A stretch of 64,000 nucleotides of DNA, taken from NCBI RefSeq assembly GCF_009914755.1, contig NC_060926.1. One strand, written 5' to 3'. Source of the stretch: the human T2T-CHM13v2.0 reference genome, Homo sapiens. Below, in pieces: positions 1-17,565 of this stretch (position 1 is its first letter; each line of letters begins with the position of its first letter). A program made the translations under genes and the position numbers. The notes beneath the pieces are model-generated. The model was not told the DNA's origin. It made no database searches and was given only the letters and a program-made list of their open reading frames with translations.

Positions 1-1699
1 CTACTGAGTAAATTCACAATTTAAACAGGATAACACAAGGTGTACATTTAACTTATTTATGACACAAATTTTTTCAAGCCTCCATTTTATGGAAAATATA
101 GAATACTGTGTGTTACTTTTATTTATTCATTATAGGACTATTTTCTTTTGGGTCCTTCTTTACCTACTGTAAGCTTTGTAGCTTAGTTTGCGTTACTTTC
201 TGTATATAAACTAATAAAGAGGCATATTTTTCAATAGACATGAGCCTTTCACTAATTCAGAATGCCTATTTCTTTCATTAGGACAAATTAGAGATTATGT
301 TTTTCTCTGAACAAAATGCATTTTTATGTCAATTAAATGAGAGTTTTTGATGAAATGTTTCCTAACAGAGAGTAAGTAATTGTGATATAATTGTTTGTAG
401 ATGAAAAATAACTGCCACATTCATGGCAAATGTGAGTTTAATGCAGATGATTTTCATGACTATGATGTGTTTTATGCGGCTTTTTATACCCACTGTTTTG
501 GAAGCATTCATAGTACCAGTTAAGGCAAAACCAGCTTAATGTTTGTTTTAGTGCTTGGCAACAAATACAGTCTATAAAATATGTAGTAGTTAATATTAAA
601 AGCACATGCCAGATTGTAACATAAAGAGTTTATTCAATCTCTTTAAAGTCATCAATTTGAAGCTTCATCTGAATGAGTTAGCATTTGAGTTCCATATGAT
701 TTTCAGCAGGTGAGATCTTGTGAAGTTAGGAATTGGCTACCCCTGCGAGCCCCCATTGGCACAGCCCCCAGTTTCTTAATGAGCTTGCCTCATTGCTGAG
801 TGAGCAAAACACTCTTAACAATGTTCCTTTTGAGGCATCTTTGTTGCAGGGGGAAATAAAGAGAGGCGCCAAGCCTGCAAATTCTTTTCTGATCCCATTG
901 GTTCACCAGGAGAGAACAATTTTGTTTTCCATGGTTGCGGTCTTTCAAGGTTGCCTTTACTTAGGATTTGATTACCTGTCTCCCTCAACCAATTAGCCTC
1001 TCCCACACACTCTCTTGCCTCCAATAATGATCAACCTCCTTTTCTAAGACCAGCCTCCTCTTTATCATATTGCATTAAACACTTGATGAAAGAAGACCTA
1101 GAAGGCTTTAAGAAAGACAGGGTAATATTTTGCTGGTGTAGAGGGCCTGCTCTTCGGAGACAAATACTTGCTTTTCATTTTGATCAGCCGTCTGCACTTA
1201 AAAGCCTCCTAGCCAGGGACATGTTAATTAAACAGTCTGGGGCTCAGTGCTGCCATCCGTAAATTGGAGGATTAGAGAAATAATATACACAAGTACCTGG
1301 TACATACCAAATATGATAGAAGATATCTTCAACCTTTAGCTATAAGAAGAATGGAAAATGAAAAAGAGACAGGTGGAGAGAGGGAGGGAGATGAGAGCTG
1401 CGTGGAGCTGGTATGCTGGTTAGGAGGTAGGAAATAATGAAGCCTCGACCATCTAAGATACAGAAGTCTCCCTGCTGAATCGAAAGGAAGTGCTACAATA
1501 TTCTTTCAAATTCATCGCAGTTGAGAGAAAACTGGAGCAGAGTGTGATATCAAGAAAGGGCTTCACCAGGATGATCAATGCAAATGGATATGGAGCTTTC
1601 TTGGAATGAAACATTATCCCGTAACACCAGGTAATTTTCTTTATTAAAAAATACACATTAAAGTCTTAGAATAGTTTGATATTTACCGACAAGTTGCGA

Positions 1700-4389
<2,690 letters not shown>

Positions 4390-4559
4390 TTATATTGTAT
4401 TGAAAAGAGCTGCTATATATGGCATGATACCACTCATTATGTTAGTTTTCCCCGTTCTCCATAAAATGACCACTGTGTCTGTCAGAGTTGTCACACAGAA
4501 GTCTCTAACCATCTTAACACCTGAGCATGCCCAGGACTGGAGGGGAACTATTGCGTTCT

Positions 4560-4800
4560 GTATAGAGTACAACAATCATGGGCGTTGGACTCAGAGACCT
4601 CGGTTCAGATTTTGCTCTTAACATTTCCTGGTTGTGTGAACGTAGAAAAGTAACTTAAGTTTTCTGAACTTTGGCCTTCTCACCTATAAAATGAAGATAA
4701 TATCGTCCACGTGTCTTAGGTGCTATTAGAAGGACACATACGAAGTGTTTAGCACAGGGCCTGACGGAGTGTAGCACTCAGTAAATGTTAGTGCTTACTT
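4560..4800 (+). mobile_element. MIR
   Basis: MIR core: taacttaagttttctgaactttggccttctcacctataaaatgaagataat...gtgtttagcacagggcctg...gcactcagtaaatgttag. Confidence 0.75.
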
Positions 4801-5189
4801 GCTTTTCCCCCTTGTGCTCCACATTTTCTTTCAGCCTCCTGATTTTTCCCAGTGGAACTCTTTACCTTGCATCCATCATTTCTATTGCAATGCATTTCTA
4901 TGCCTTTTCGAGGAGCTTTTCTATTCCATCTACACTGAAAATGGCTCATCCTATTGATACAATTTCCCTGCTCCCAGCCAATGGCTGCTGCAGCACTTCC
5001 TGATATCTAGATCACAAAGTCCCTGAACAGGTTAGGGTAGCACATGTTAAAAAAACAATATTCCTGCAAGTTCACCTTTCTCTTACTTCTCATTTCCAAC
5101 CTAAGATCTTTTCAATGAGCTTACTCTGATTGAATATAAAAACAATTTTTAAATAATTCAACCTAAAATAATAGAAGTATTTTTTGCTT

Positions 5190-5540
5190 TTATTATTTGT
5201 AATTAAGTTATAATAATTGTACACATTTATGGAGCACAGTGTGATATTCTGATACATGTATGCAATGTGTAATGATCAAATCAGAGTAATTAGCGTCTCC
5301 ATCACTTCAAACATTTGCCATTTCTTTGAGTTGGGAACATTCAAAATCTGTTTTTCTAGGCATTTGAAAACATACAAGAAATGTTGTTAATTATAGTCAC
5401 CTACAGTGGTATAGAATGTTAAAATGTATTCCTTTCATCTAGCTGTGCGTTGTGTTGTTAACCAACCTTTGGCTGTGCTTCCCCCCACCCCTACCTGCCT
5501 CTGGAATCACTATTCCACTCTCTACTTCTGTGAGATAAAC
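5190..5540 (-). mobile_element. L1MA 3' end, antisense
   Basis: taataattgtacacatttatgg...gatacatgtatgcaatgtgtaatgatcaaatcag...cactattccactctctacttctgtgag. Confidence 0.8.
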
Positions 5541-5929
5541 TTGGAAAGAAATAATACTATTAGGATGATAATTTCCCACAAATTCATCTATAAATTTATT
5601 GCAATTCTAATTAAAAATCCCATATGATTTATTATGGACCTGTCATACTAAAACTTGTTTGGGAGAGAATATGCTGGAGAATTGCCAAGAAATGTATCAG
5701 AACATTCTATAAAGCCACAATAACTAAGGCAATCTGATATTGACAATGTGTATTTTATCAATGGAAAATAATAACATAAACATATATGTATTTATGTGGT
5801 TTGTTCATATATATGTATTGTGTATGCATAGTTGTGTGTATATATAGTATTTATATGCATATATTTAAGCATAACAATTCAAATCATCATGGAAAGCATG
5901 GACCATAGCAAAGGGTCTTTATTACACAA

Positions 5930-6543
<614 letters not shown>

Positions 6544-7208
6544 GGAAACCTTTAGTGACTAGTTTAGAGCCCTACACTGACAGGTGCCTATCCAGTTGCT
6601 GATTTCTTGTGATGTGGATTTATTTTTACTTCATAAAATAAAGAGGCAACCTTACACTTTGTTATTAAAATAGTAAGTGGTAAGGAACCCTTTAAGGGAT
6701 ATGGTTTTAACATATTATTCAAAATAGGAATTGCAAACTCAATTGCTTAGAGAGGTCAGCAAGTAAATCAATGTACTAGACTGGGTAGAGCGTGTGGTGA
6801 AATGAAGGCCTTCTAGACGCTTAAGAAGACAACCAGTTTTCAACACCACCCAATTATTGCCAGGCAGAAACATGCGTGCACATTTTTTAAGATTTTTATT
6901 TTCATGCAATATTTTCTGGCTTCTAAATGTTGACAACAAATTCAAAGTTTGAAGCATTGTGTGGATCAAACAAAATAGATGTCTAGAGATCAGAGTTGGT
7001 TCATATTGTTTGTTGCAATCTGAGACTTAGAACCTCCTTTAGGTTACACTACCCAGTCTTTCTCCCAACCTGTGTACCCCAATTGTACCTTGCACAGTGC
7101 TGCCCAGGTGATAAGGAATCAATGCTTGTTTTTTGTTGAATTAACTTGATTTTAATTCTGAATCTTTCTGATTCCAATCAATGCTTTGAATTAATAATAC
7201 TAGCTCCT

Positions 7209-7542
7209 GGCCAGGCACGGCGGCTCACGCTTGTAATCCCAGCACTTTAGGAGGTTTAGGTGGGTGGATAGCTTGAGCCCAGAATTTGAGACCAGCCTTG
7301 GCAACACAGAGAGACCCCATCTCTACAAAACAAAACAAAACAAAACACCACAAAAAAACATTAGCCAGGCATGGTGGTGAAGTGCTGTAGTCCCAGCTAC
7401 TTGAGACGCTGAGGTGGGAGAATCACATGAGCCCGGGAAGGTTGAGGTAGCAGTGAGCTGTGATTGCAGCCACTGCACTTCAGTTGGTGCCACAGAGTGA
7501 TACACCATCTTAGTAATAATAATAATGGTAATAGTAATAAAA
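7209..7542 (+). mobile_element. AluJ
   Basis: Dimeric Alu with J-type gcttgagcccag and gtgagctgtgattg; TAA-rich tail; TSD remnant tagctcc. Confidence 0.9.
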
Positions 7543-8936
7543 GTGATAGCTCCCTCTGTTAGCCATTTATTTTAAATATCAGGTGCTGGTAGGGTCTTTA
7601 CACATATCCCTCTGATCATTACAATACTCCGTAAAGGTTGCTTTTCTCACTTTATAGATGGGAAAACTAAGAGGTTCAGTTACCTTTCTAAGGTCCAAGG
7701 CTAGTAGAATTAGTGATATGACATTGTCTAGGTCTGCCTTTTTGAGGGAGTGAGATGTCAAAAGTAGTAGCAAGAGGTCCAGATCCCTCTAGGGTGTAGT
7801 GTTTCCTGGCATCAGCTAACTGGGAATACTGATCACGTCTTGTCCTGGAAACACATTTCATTGGATGACCTTGTCAGGCTTACAATGCAAAAAAAAAAAA
7901 AAAAAAAAAAAAAATTACAGGATAAAAGATGAAAGATGTCTTCCACTTACAAATGGCAAGCGATAGCTATCCAAAGGTTCATTTGTAAATCAGTTGTTTG
8001 AAACTCGGAATTCATTTTCCTGCAGAAACAGTTACAAATGGTGGTTATGTTTCCCCTGAGGCTCATCCACAAAAGACCATTTAGCCTTAATGTATCTGAA
8101 ATAGTGTACATTTGCTGTGAAAATGTGTAGAAAATAGAACTCTTGTAATTCTAGTAATTAAATAAAAGAAAAAGTAAAATTGAATGAGAACTTTAAACTG
8201 CATCTTGAATGCTGCTTCGAAAGAAAAGCAGATTTACCCAGAAGAGGATGCAGAACTTTGAAAATAATTTTGTGGGGATTTTAAAGGGGGCTTCTGAATA
8301 CTTTCACAGCACTTGAGAAGTTAATGAAATCATATCATTGAAATATCGCATTTCATTTCGTGATTTCTAGATTTTTAACATAATCTTTCCATGATTAATG
8401 CTATTTCTAGTGTTCTCTTTAGAACAAGAAGAAGAAGGGAAAAAAGGGTGGAAAAGGAAAAGACAAATGAAAATGGGCTTCCTAATGATGCAGAAGTTGA
8501 CAGAGATAGCATGTGAAAGAAAATTAAAGATCATGTTTGTTTTTCGATAGGCATGCAAGAAGCAAAATTAGCCATGAATTATGAACAGTGGAAGGAGGAA
8601 AACATAGATTCTGATTTCACTTGAGACAAAACAATGCTGGTGGCAGAGATCTTTTCTCTGAGAAATTCCAGAAACTGTTACTGTTTTATTCCATCATCTT
8701 AGGGCATCATACTTCATGGCAAATGTAGGATGGGTACAGGATTGAGATCAAGAGTGCAAAAGTTGCTCAAATGGACTAAATGTTGAGAATACTAAGTACT
8801 TATTAAACAAGAGAGGATTTGTTCTCAAACAAAAGTAATTATCATTTTTTATTGTCTAGTTTTTATCATTCATCTTGTTTAACCTTCAGCCAGGAGAATG
8901 AAAGACAGAAGTTTTTAAAAAATATATATATATTGT

Positions 8937-9230
8937 GGGCGGGGTGTGGTGGCTCATGCCTGTAATCCCAGCATTTTGGGAGGTGGAGGCAGGCAGATAA
9001 CCATACAGGAGTTTCAGACCAGGTTGGCCAACATGGCAAAACCCCGTGTCTACTAAAAATACAAAAATTAGCTGGGAGTGGTGGTGCATGCCTGTAATCC
9101 TAGCTAGTCAGGAGGCTGAGGCAGGAGAATGCCTTGAACCCAGGAGGCCAAGGTTGCAGTGAGCTGAGATTGCACCACTGCACTCCAGCCTGGGTGACAG
9201 AGTGAGACTCCATCTCAAAAAAAACAAAAA
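8937..9230 (+). mobile_element. AluS
   Basis: Full dimer; TSD aaatatatatatattg / aaatatatgtatattg. Confidence 0.95.
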
Positions 9231-11439
9231 TACCAAATATATGTATATTGAATGGCCAAATGGTTGAACAGGAAATTGAGGAAGAATGAACAACCTCCCA
9301 GACACTTCCACAGTGAGTTTGCAAGGAGCCTAAAAGCTAGCTGCACAGAGCAGAGGCCCTTCCTGCCAAATGTAACCTTCTTTAGAAATAGAGAAGAGAA
9401 AGACAGTTGGGGGACAGGGGTTATTATGGATATAGGACAAAAACAAACCAGGGTAAAGAAACCAAAAACCAACAAGGCCAAACCAATGGACACCTTGAGG
9501 TGATGTGGGCAGACACAGAGTGTTTCCCTTTGTTGTTCTTTGGAGAGTAAGATAGGCTTCCACCACGGACCCTCTTGTCAATAAATCTTCCTGGGTTAAG
9601 TGGTTAGTTAGACTAAATTGCTCTTCCACCAATTTGAGCTGACAGCAGCACAGAACCGTCAAAACCATTGCTGTGTTGTCTCCATAGCCAAAGAGTGTTG
9701 TTGATTTATTTCTGTTAGAGGAAAATTTTAACTTGCCTACCTTTATTTTTTTTAATCATTTGAATTTAAGACACTAGTTCCCAGTAGGATTCACTATGAC
9801 AATTTTCAGTGATGAGAAAAAGCATCAAGGGTTTCTGGTCTCTGAAGAATTGTGTTCTTTTTGGCCAATAAAATTAAAATGAAATAGATTTAAATTGTAT
9901 TAATTCCTAATTTAAAGCTGAAGTTTCAAGTCACCTTCCATTACTATTGTATAGGATTTCTACATAAACCTATTGGGACCTGAGACAGGCTAAGCCTTAC
10001 TAAATTTCCTGGCTACAGGGATATTTCTTTTGGGGATTGGAGATGAGAAGGGGTAATATCGACAATCTCATTTTCTCCTTAATTTTTCCTTGATTGAACT
10101 GGTGTCCATTTGCTTAACTTATTCACTGTGTGTTATAGAAATTTACAAGTTACTTTGCAAGTGTAGCTATATTCATGTATGTGCTATCTTTTCTTTCTTC
10201 AATTAAATTGTGAGCTCTTTTAAGTAAGGAATTATATTTTATCTTCTCCCACAATGACCAAAGCCAGAGTATCTTACTTAAGACACTTGAAAGTGGAATA
10301 CAAAAAGTATTTTCATGCAGTCCATACTGCCTTGTTTGCTAATTGCTGTACACATGCAGACATCATCTCACCAACTATGCCCTAAGCACCTCATTGGTGG
10401 AGTCTTGTTTTGAGGTAGTGGTTGTAACAGTTTGGGTCTTTTATTAGTGCACTGTAGGGACAGAGTAGCCTCTCAACAAATAGTTGTTTGTTAAATAGTC
10501 AAGTTTGGAGGGCAGTAGATGAGACAAAGTAGAAAATGAGAGCTTTTGCATTAAACTATGACAACTAAAATCTATATTTAAAGTTTACAACCTAACTGTA
10601 TGTTCTTTTTAGTACATACCACATCATTAAAACTTGATAAATAATGTTTCCTCAATACTGTTACTTAATAAGTAATAAAAATATGATGCTGGCAATAAAA
10701 GCTGTTATATTGTTACTGCCTTACCTCCTGGTTGGTGAGCAAATGCTAGAAAGAAAAAATGGGAAATAGTTTAAATTTGAGAGTTTTGGATCATTTTCTT
10801 GGCAAAGTCAAGAGACCATTTGCTTCTTTTAAGCAGTCTAAAAGGTGTCAAAGGATTAGAAGCAAAGGAAATATCAGCATTGCTGTGCTGTTAGACAGAT
10901 TCCTAGAGAATCAAATAGGGATGGTAACAAGATTGAGCAACCCATCTCCTTAGAATTTTGCTTCCCTTTACACCGACAACCTCCCTATTTTATTTTTAAT
11001 TACCCATAGAAATAAACAGGAATGCTAAAATATTTTTTGAAGATAAATTCTATAATCATTTCAAGTTTGATTGTTGATAAATATGATATGGATGAATATA
11101 AAGAGTAGATTTTCAATATGAAAAAAGAGTCTCCTAAAATGACGTGGGTTGTAAATTGGAGATGAATTTCTTATTAGTTTTAGTGCCTTTTGTGTCTCCT
11201 ATTGTCAACTTAAATGGTCTCACACAACACATCTGTTGCTAGGCTCATGAGATGGAGCAGAGTTCAACAGGTACATTTCAAGGCCAGGAAGGCTGATAAA
11301 CTGAAGGTTCAGTAGGTAAGAGAAGCACTAGAAACATAATGATCAGTGAAATTTAGTACTATCAAGAGGCTAGAAATCCGGTTAGAAAACAAACCACAGG
11401 ATTGGTAGGATCTGAAAGTTGTCACAGCTTCAACAGTCA

Positions 11440-12015
11440 GTATTGCCAAAGAAAATAAAATGGGGCACTTTTTAAAAGCAGTAAACTTCGATTTCACTCA
11501 GGAATAACTATTGCAATGTGGGAGAGACCTCAGCATAACAGCTCAGTCCAACGAAAGGCAGGAGACTGTTTAAATGCTGGGGTGTACCCAAAGAAAGGCA
11601 TTAAGGGAGAGATTGGTCCATGTGATTAGGCTATCTGGGTTTGCTAACTAGTGTTCACCTAGAGGAGCAAACTTCTCATATCTTTTTGACAGAAATTAGT
11701 GGTGCAAGTTGGAGCAAGGCATCCACTGAAGTTAGGTCCTTACTGTCCTACAGGGACTGGGAATGAGAACTATTGCCTTGAATGTTTGTATTTCAAGGAG
11801 ATGGCTCTCATGTCCTTGAGGAGCCACTTCTGGATGGTAAAAGATTTATTTCAATGGGGGCAGAGAAAGGATTTATAATTGCAAGCTTTCTAAAATAAGT
11901 GCTTTAAGAGGGATTCAAGGGCCTATTGGCCTATCACCAGGTTTTGGCTGGAACAAACAGTAAATTCTCCTGGCAGCATTGAGCTTTCTCAGAAAGTCAT
12001 TTTAAGGGGGGTTAG
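11440..12015 (-). mobile_element. ERV1 solo LTR (MER31/MER67-like)
   Basis: Recalled motifs gagatggctctcatgtccttgag, ggggcagagaaaggatttataattgcaagctttctaaa, ttttggctggaacaaacagtaaattctc. Confidence 0.6.
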
Positions 12016-13302
12016 TGCGAGAAAGACTGAAAAAGAAGTAGTCCCAGAACTGTTCTCACCTTCGATGCAGGCTGCGTCTCAGCCTAATATTTGTCCTGAT
12101 ATTATTATCTCAGGGGACTCACAGTCAGGAAGAGTTGGTAAAGAGGTTGTCAGACTTTAATCTCCCCCAACTTCTAGTAACTTACCAGAAGATGCCACAA
12201 AGTTTAGTGGTGATGGAGACCCCTCTAGCTAGAAGAAACTTTTGGTATTTGTTTTTATTCTATTTGTGATGTGTTCTAGCATTGTGAAATGAGGCAAAAA
12301 GAAATGCTGAAGCTGGTTCACAGAAGTAAGTTGGTGTAAAATCCTATGTGGTCCAGGTTTATCTCAACAATACAATCTCCTCATGCCGTTCTACCTTAGC
12401 CAATCTCCTCCCATCACCATAGCAACCACATCTTATAATATGTGATTCCAACTTAGAGTGCCTCATCACTGCCCTTTGTACATGCAGATTGGGAAAGATG
12501 GAAGAGACTGTTCTTGGGAATAGCACACAGCAATCTGGGCCAAATCTGGGTGGTGTGTGCCCCACTATTTGCCAAGCTTATTATCATTTTTTTTCTCCTT
12601 TGGCCTTATTCAACTAGAAGTCCTCTGCATCTACTAGAATTCACTACATATATAGCCCCAATCTTCTTTCTTTTATCTCTGGCAGTGAACAATAGAAGGC
12701 ATTTAAGAGCATGAAAAAATAAATAATAAGTGCAGTATGAGGTGTATGGTAGCCATTGCTATTAAAATTACTCATTCACTTTTCTATGATGAATGAAACT
12801 CTAGTGATAAATAATAATGGTGCCCCTGAAAAAATTAGGTTTGCAATTAGGACAATTTCTGCCTTGTAGACAAACTGCCTAATATTATGCTTCAAGACAG
12901 TTATTTACCATAGTTATAACCCAATGTGTCCTGCTGAAATGGCTTGTTTTTCCTACAATGTTAAAGATTTAATTTTTTGAAGATCAGTTTGTTTGAAACA
13001 GCAGCTGTACTTTTAGGAACATAACCTGAAGAAATGTAGATGTAGATGTAGGTTAAAGTGAGTTCATCACAGGCAATCGAAGATGTAGTTTAAAGATGTA
13101 GAATTGTTGATAGTAGTAAAAATTGTGAACAGTCCCAGATATTGAACCTTAGAGGACTCATGAAGTTACATAAGGTAAACACGTGCAATAGATACAATGT
13201 AACCTTTAAATTGATGGTAACTGTATAATATTTTTGAAATGGAAAGATTTTTATGATACATTTTTAGTGAAAGAAGTAGCTTGCAAGTAATGTAAACACT
13301 GA

Positions 13303-13744
<442 letters not shown>

Positions 13745-15011
13745 GCTTTTGCTATTTGATAATTATTTTCCTAATAAAATCCTATACTAATGGTGTAACA
13801 ACCAAAATAAAAAAGAATGAGGAACGTAAAATTGCAGTTTGCTTTTCTTATTCATTATGTCAACAAAACCTTAGCCAACCACACTGGCCCTTCTTCTTTT
13901 TCCTGGCCAAGTCAACCCTATTCCTATGAATGATAACTGGAGAAAATGTGCCCAGTGTGGGGAACAAGGATATGTTGGTGTATACCTACCATGGTATCTT
14001 TCTCAGGGGACTGAGTAAATACAGGGCTCTGTGCAACACAGGAAGAATTCTTAAGGGGCACCTCAAATTCCAAAATTCAGATCCTTTAAAGAGAGAGGGA
14101 AAATCAGTACTGCCCTCTGACTTGGAGTGAGAATATACCCTGCTGTGAAGGGAAGAAGGTCATCCTAAGGTGGGAAAAACTAAAGGTAAGTACTGTACAT
14201 ATGTCTGGGACACAACTTTGACCTTGGGGGAGAAACACACCCATTACTGAGTAGCTTTGTCCTCCACTTATAAGGCATTGGATAGATGTTCAAAATGGGG
14301 AGCTGTACCTATGAAACTTTTGAAAGTCATGGTAGGGGCTATATTCCAGAAGGGCTGCAAACCCTAAGAGATGGGTCATCTGCATTCTGAGCCTTGACAG
14401 TGAACTGAAAGAGTGGTCACCCTCTGAGGAACCTGGAGGCCTTGCCATGCATGGCGCAGGGGCTTCTGTGCATCAGCTATTTGTTCTTGAAGCAATCTGG
14501 TCAGCTTGAAGAATCTGAATATCATAGAGGGAGAAAGGCTTCTATAGAGCATTAAAGCTTGTGACCTGAATTCCCAATGTATGCATTTGTTGGTTTATCC
14601 TGAAGAAGAGAACTTAAATAAGATCATCCGCACGGCACAGTTTACACACAAGCATGTTATTTTTCTGTTTTCTCTGTTGCACTCCCAGATTTTTAAAAAA
14701 CACTTACCATGATATCCTTCAGGACTCACCTTTCCTGGCACAGAGGTTTTTATAATAAATAGTAATGGAATGAATGAGTGAGGGTGCTATATAATATTTA
14801 CCGATATCCTACTTTTATATATCAGGCCTCATATTATGGTGCAGGGCAGCACAATTTATACCCAGTTGTTATTGCCATTTATATTCAAAAGTATCAAGCT
14901 TTGTCATTTTGCAAAAATGCTTTTCAGTCTTGGAATTTTTATTTATTTAGACTGGTTTTCTCTCTCTCTCTGCCCCTCTCTCTCTGTCTCTGTTCTTCTC
15001 TTTTCTCCCAG

Positions 15012-15165
15012 GTCTAATGTATCAGAATCACCTGGGATGATTGTTAAAAATGCAGAATTCAGGGATCCAGTGCCCAGTCATAATCTCTAGGGCTGGGATC
15101 TGAATATTAACATTTTTTAAAGACTGCAGCTCATTCTCATGGACACTAAATTTTGAGAACCATTT
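15012..15165. mobile_element. MER5A-type hAT-Charlie MITE
   Basis: tcagaatcacctggg...ttgttaaaaatgcagaattc...ttttgagaaccat. Confidence 0.7.
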
Positions 15166-16454
15166 GTAGTTAATCTATTTAAAGAATCACAGTTTTATAC
15201 ATCGTCCGTCTGAAAATGCAAGGTATCACCTAGAAACTTTTAAGACAACTTTTCCTCTCCTAGGAACTGTAAAATAACAAAGTAGACAAGTGGAGAGTAA
15301 GGGTGATAGAGGTGGGTGGATCAATAGGAACTCTCTTTCCTGTGAGGGTAACTTGATAGTGACTAGGCGGTGCAGTTGGAGTGAATTGATTTTGTTCAAA
15401 CAAGTTTTCCTGTTTCTCAGAGTTCACAGTGAACATTTTTTTGCAGGCTTCTTGCAGTGTGCTGTTTCACAAACCATCAGAGGCATTTAGAAGGGCCAGG
15501 GTTTTTCTTCTAAGGCTTAAGAACTTTAAATCTCTTGGGTGGAAGTAGTTTTCAGTGACTTGTTTGTTCTTGTGATATAAGACATAGTACCACTAACCCC
15601 TTGAATCTATCATTCCTACTTATTGCTTTAAAGCCAGGATAGTATCAAGTTCTTGATGTACTTTACTAATCATGGCTTTCATTTTCTAATGTGTATTTAA
15701 TGGATATCTATTCATTTATCATTCTTAAGTACAGAACACTAAAGAAAGCATACTGTAATCAGAGATGTTATCAGGCTCAATTATTTTAGATTAACTGGGT
15801 ATTGTTATGACAATACTCTGTGATATCCCTATCTTCAAGTACAAAGTAGGCAAGGAAAAAAATGCACATCAAATAAAAAGTAGTTGGCAAAACTACCTTT
15901 TGATCCATTTTCTCTCTATTAGAAATATGAATGGCTCTCAAATGTTTTACAAAGATTGTACATTGGACACCAATGAAGCTGTTCAACACTAAGGCCCAAA
16001 AAAGAAACAAAAAAATATGGTGGCTCTTTTTGAGAAACAATGAATTTCATGTCTTTCTAGTAAAACACACTATAAAATAGTTCTTCTTGTGTTTACATTT
16101 ATATAATCATTGAATCATATGCCACAGTCCTGGAAAGTTCAAACAGGAAATAGTGCGTGTGTGTGAGTGGGGAGCTACTCTGTGGGACTGGTGATGGCTT
16201 GGTGGATATTATTTTTCTTTTTTAATCAAAGTTTAGCAATCATACAGAAATATGTAGGCAATTACCAAACTCAGTGAAATGTACACAGATACCCATGCCT
16301 GTATAGTCAGCACCCAGCTAAAGAAACAGAACATGAAAAGCACCCCAGAAAACTATCCTTATGCTCCCTTTCAGGAACTAATTCTTAAAACCATTGTCTT
16401 GACTTCTGACATCATAGATTAGTTTGCCCTTAAGTTCTTTATAAAAATTGATTC

Positions 16455-16746
16455 TTTTTTTTTTTGAGTCAGAGTTTCACTCTGTTGCCCAGGCTGGAGT
16501 GCAGTGGCATGATTTCGGCTCACTGCACCCTCTGCCTCCCCAGCTTCAAGCAATTCTACTGCTTCAGCTTCCCAAGTAGCTGGGATTATAGGTGCGCACC
16601 ACCACACTGGCTAATTTTTGTATTTTTAGTAGAGGCATGGTTTCACCATGTTGGACAGGCAGGTCTTGAACTCCTGACCTCAAATGATCCAAGGCCAAGG
16701 ACTCCCAAAGTGCTGGGATTACAGGTGTGAGCCACTGCACCCAGCC
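16455..16746 (-). mobile_element. AluS
   Basis: Antisense dimer; TSD aaaaattgattctt / aaaaatggattctt; carries the non-consensus gatccaaggccaagg. Confidence 0.95.
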
Positions 16747-16869
16747 AAAAATGGATTCTTATATGCACTCTTTTGTGACTGGCTTCTTTGCAACATGTTT
16801 GTGAGATCCATACGTACTTTTGGGTGTACTTGTGGTTTGTTTATTCCCATTGCAGTATATTATTGAATT

Positions 16870-17565
16870 TTATGAAATACTACATATATATTTATACACA
16901 CACATATATACACATATATGTATATATGAAATACTGCATATATATTTATGCACACATATACACATACATACACATATACATACGTATATACACATTTATG
17001 TGTGTGTATATATGTATATATATATGTATATTGGAGGCCTTGGCCTTGGATCATTTGAGGTCAGGAGTTCAAGACCTGCCTGGCCAACATGGTGAAACCA
17101 TGCCTCTACTAAAAATACAAAAATTAGCCAGTGTGGTGGTGCGCACCTGTAATCCCAGATACTCGGGAGGCTGAGGCAGTAGAGTATGTGTGTGTGTATA
17201 TATATATATACATATATACACATACATATATGTACATAAACATGTATGGGTATATTTATACATACATATGTATATATGTATATGCACATATACATACATA
17301 TGTATATATGTATATGCACATATACATACATATGTGTGTATATATGTATGTACATAAATATATGCATGTATAAATATATGTATATATGTACATATATGTG
17401 TATATATGTACATATGTGTATATATGTACATATATGTGTATATATGTACATATGTGTATATATGTACATATATGTGTATATATGTACATATGTGTATATA
17501 TGTACATATATGTGTGTATATGTATATATGTGTATATATGTACATATATGTGTATATATGTATGT
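16870..17565. repeat. TA/CA/TG purine-pyrimidine micro/minisatellite interrupted by an Alu fragment
   Basis: Directly visible; includes alternating 20 bp and 18 bp units tatatatgtacata(ta)tgtg at 17381-17514. Confidence 0.95.
17031..17183 (+). mobile_element. Internal Alu fragment, inverted copy of part of the 16455-16746 Alu
   Basis: No 5' end, no poly(A), no TSD; shares private variants with the upstream Alu. Confidence 0.9.

Noticed and set aside
7889-7914. Orphan poly(A) of about 26 nt as a tail-only retro-insertion
   Set aside because: Only a 5 bp flanking match (ttaca) and no element body; simple slippage is sufficient.
12180-12235. Minus-strand 43 nt exon-like segment; similar isolated splice-like sites near 14186, 14727, 50172 and 59634
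   Set aside because: No recognisable peptide or consistent exon chain; expected by chance in 64 kb.
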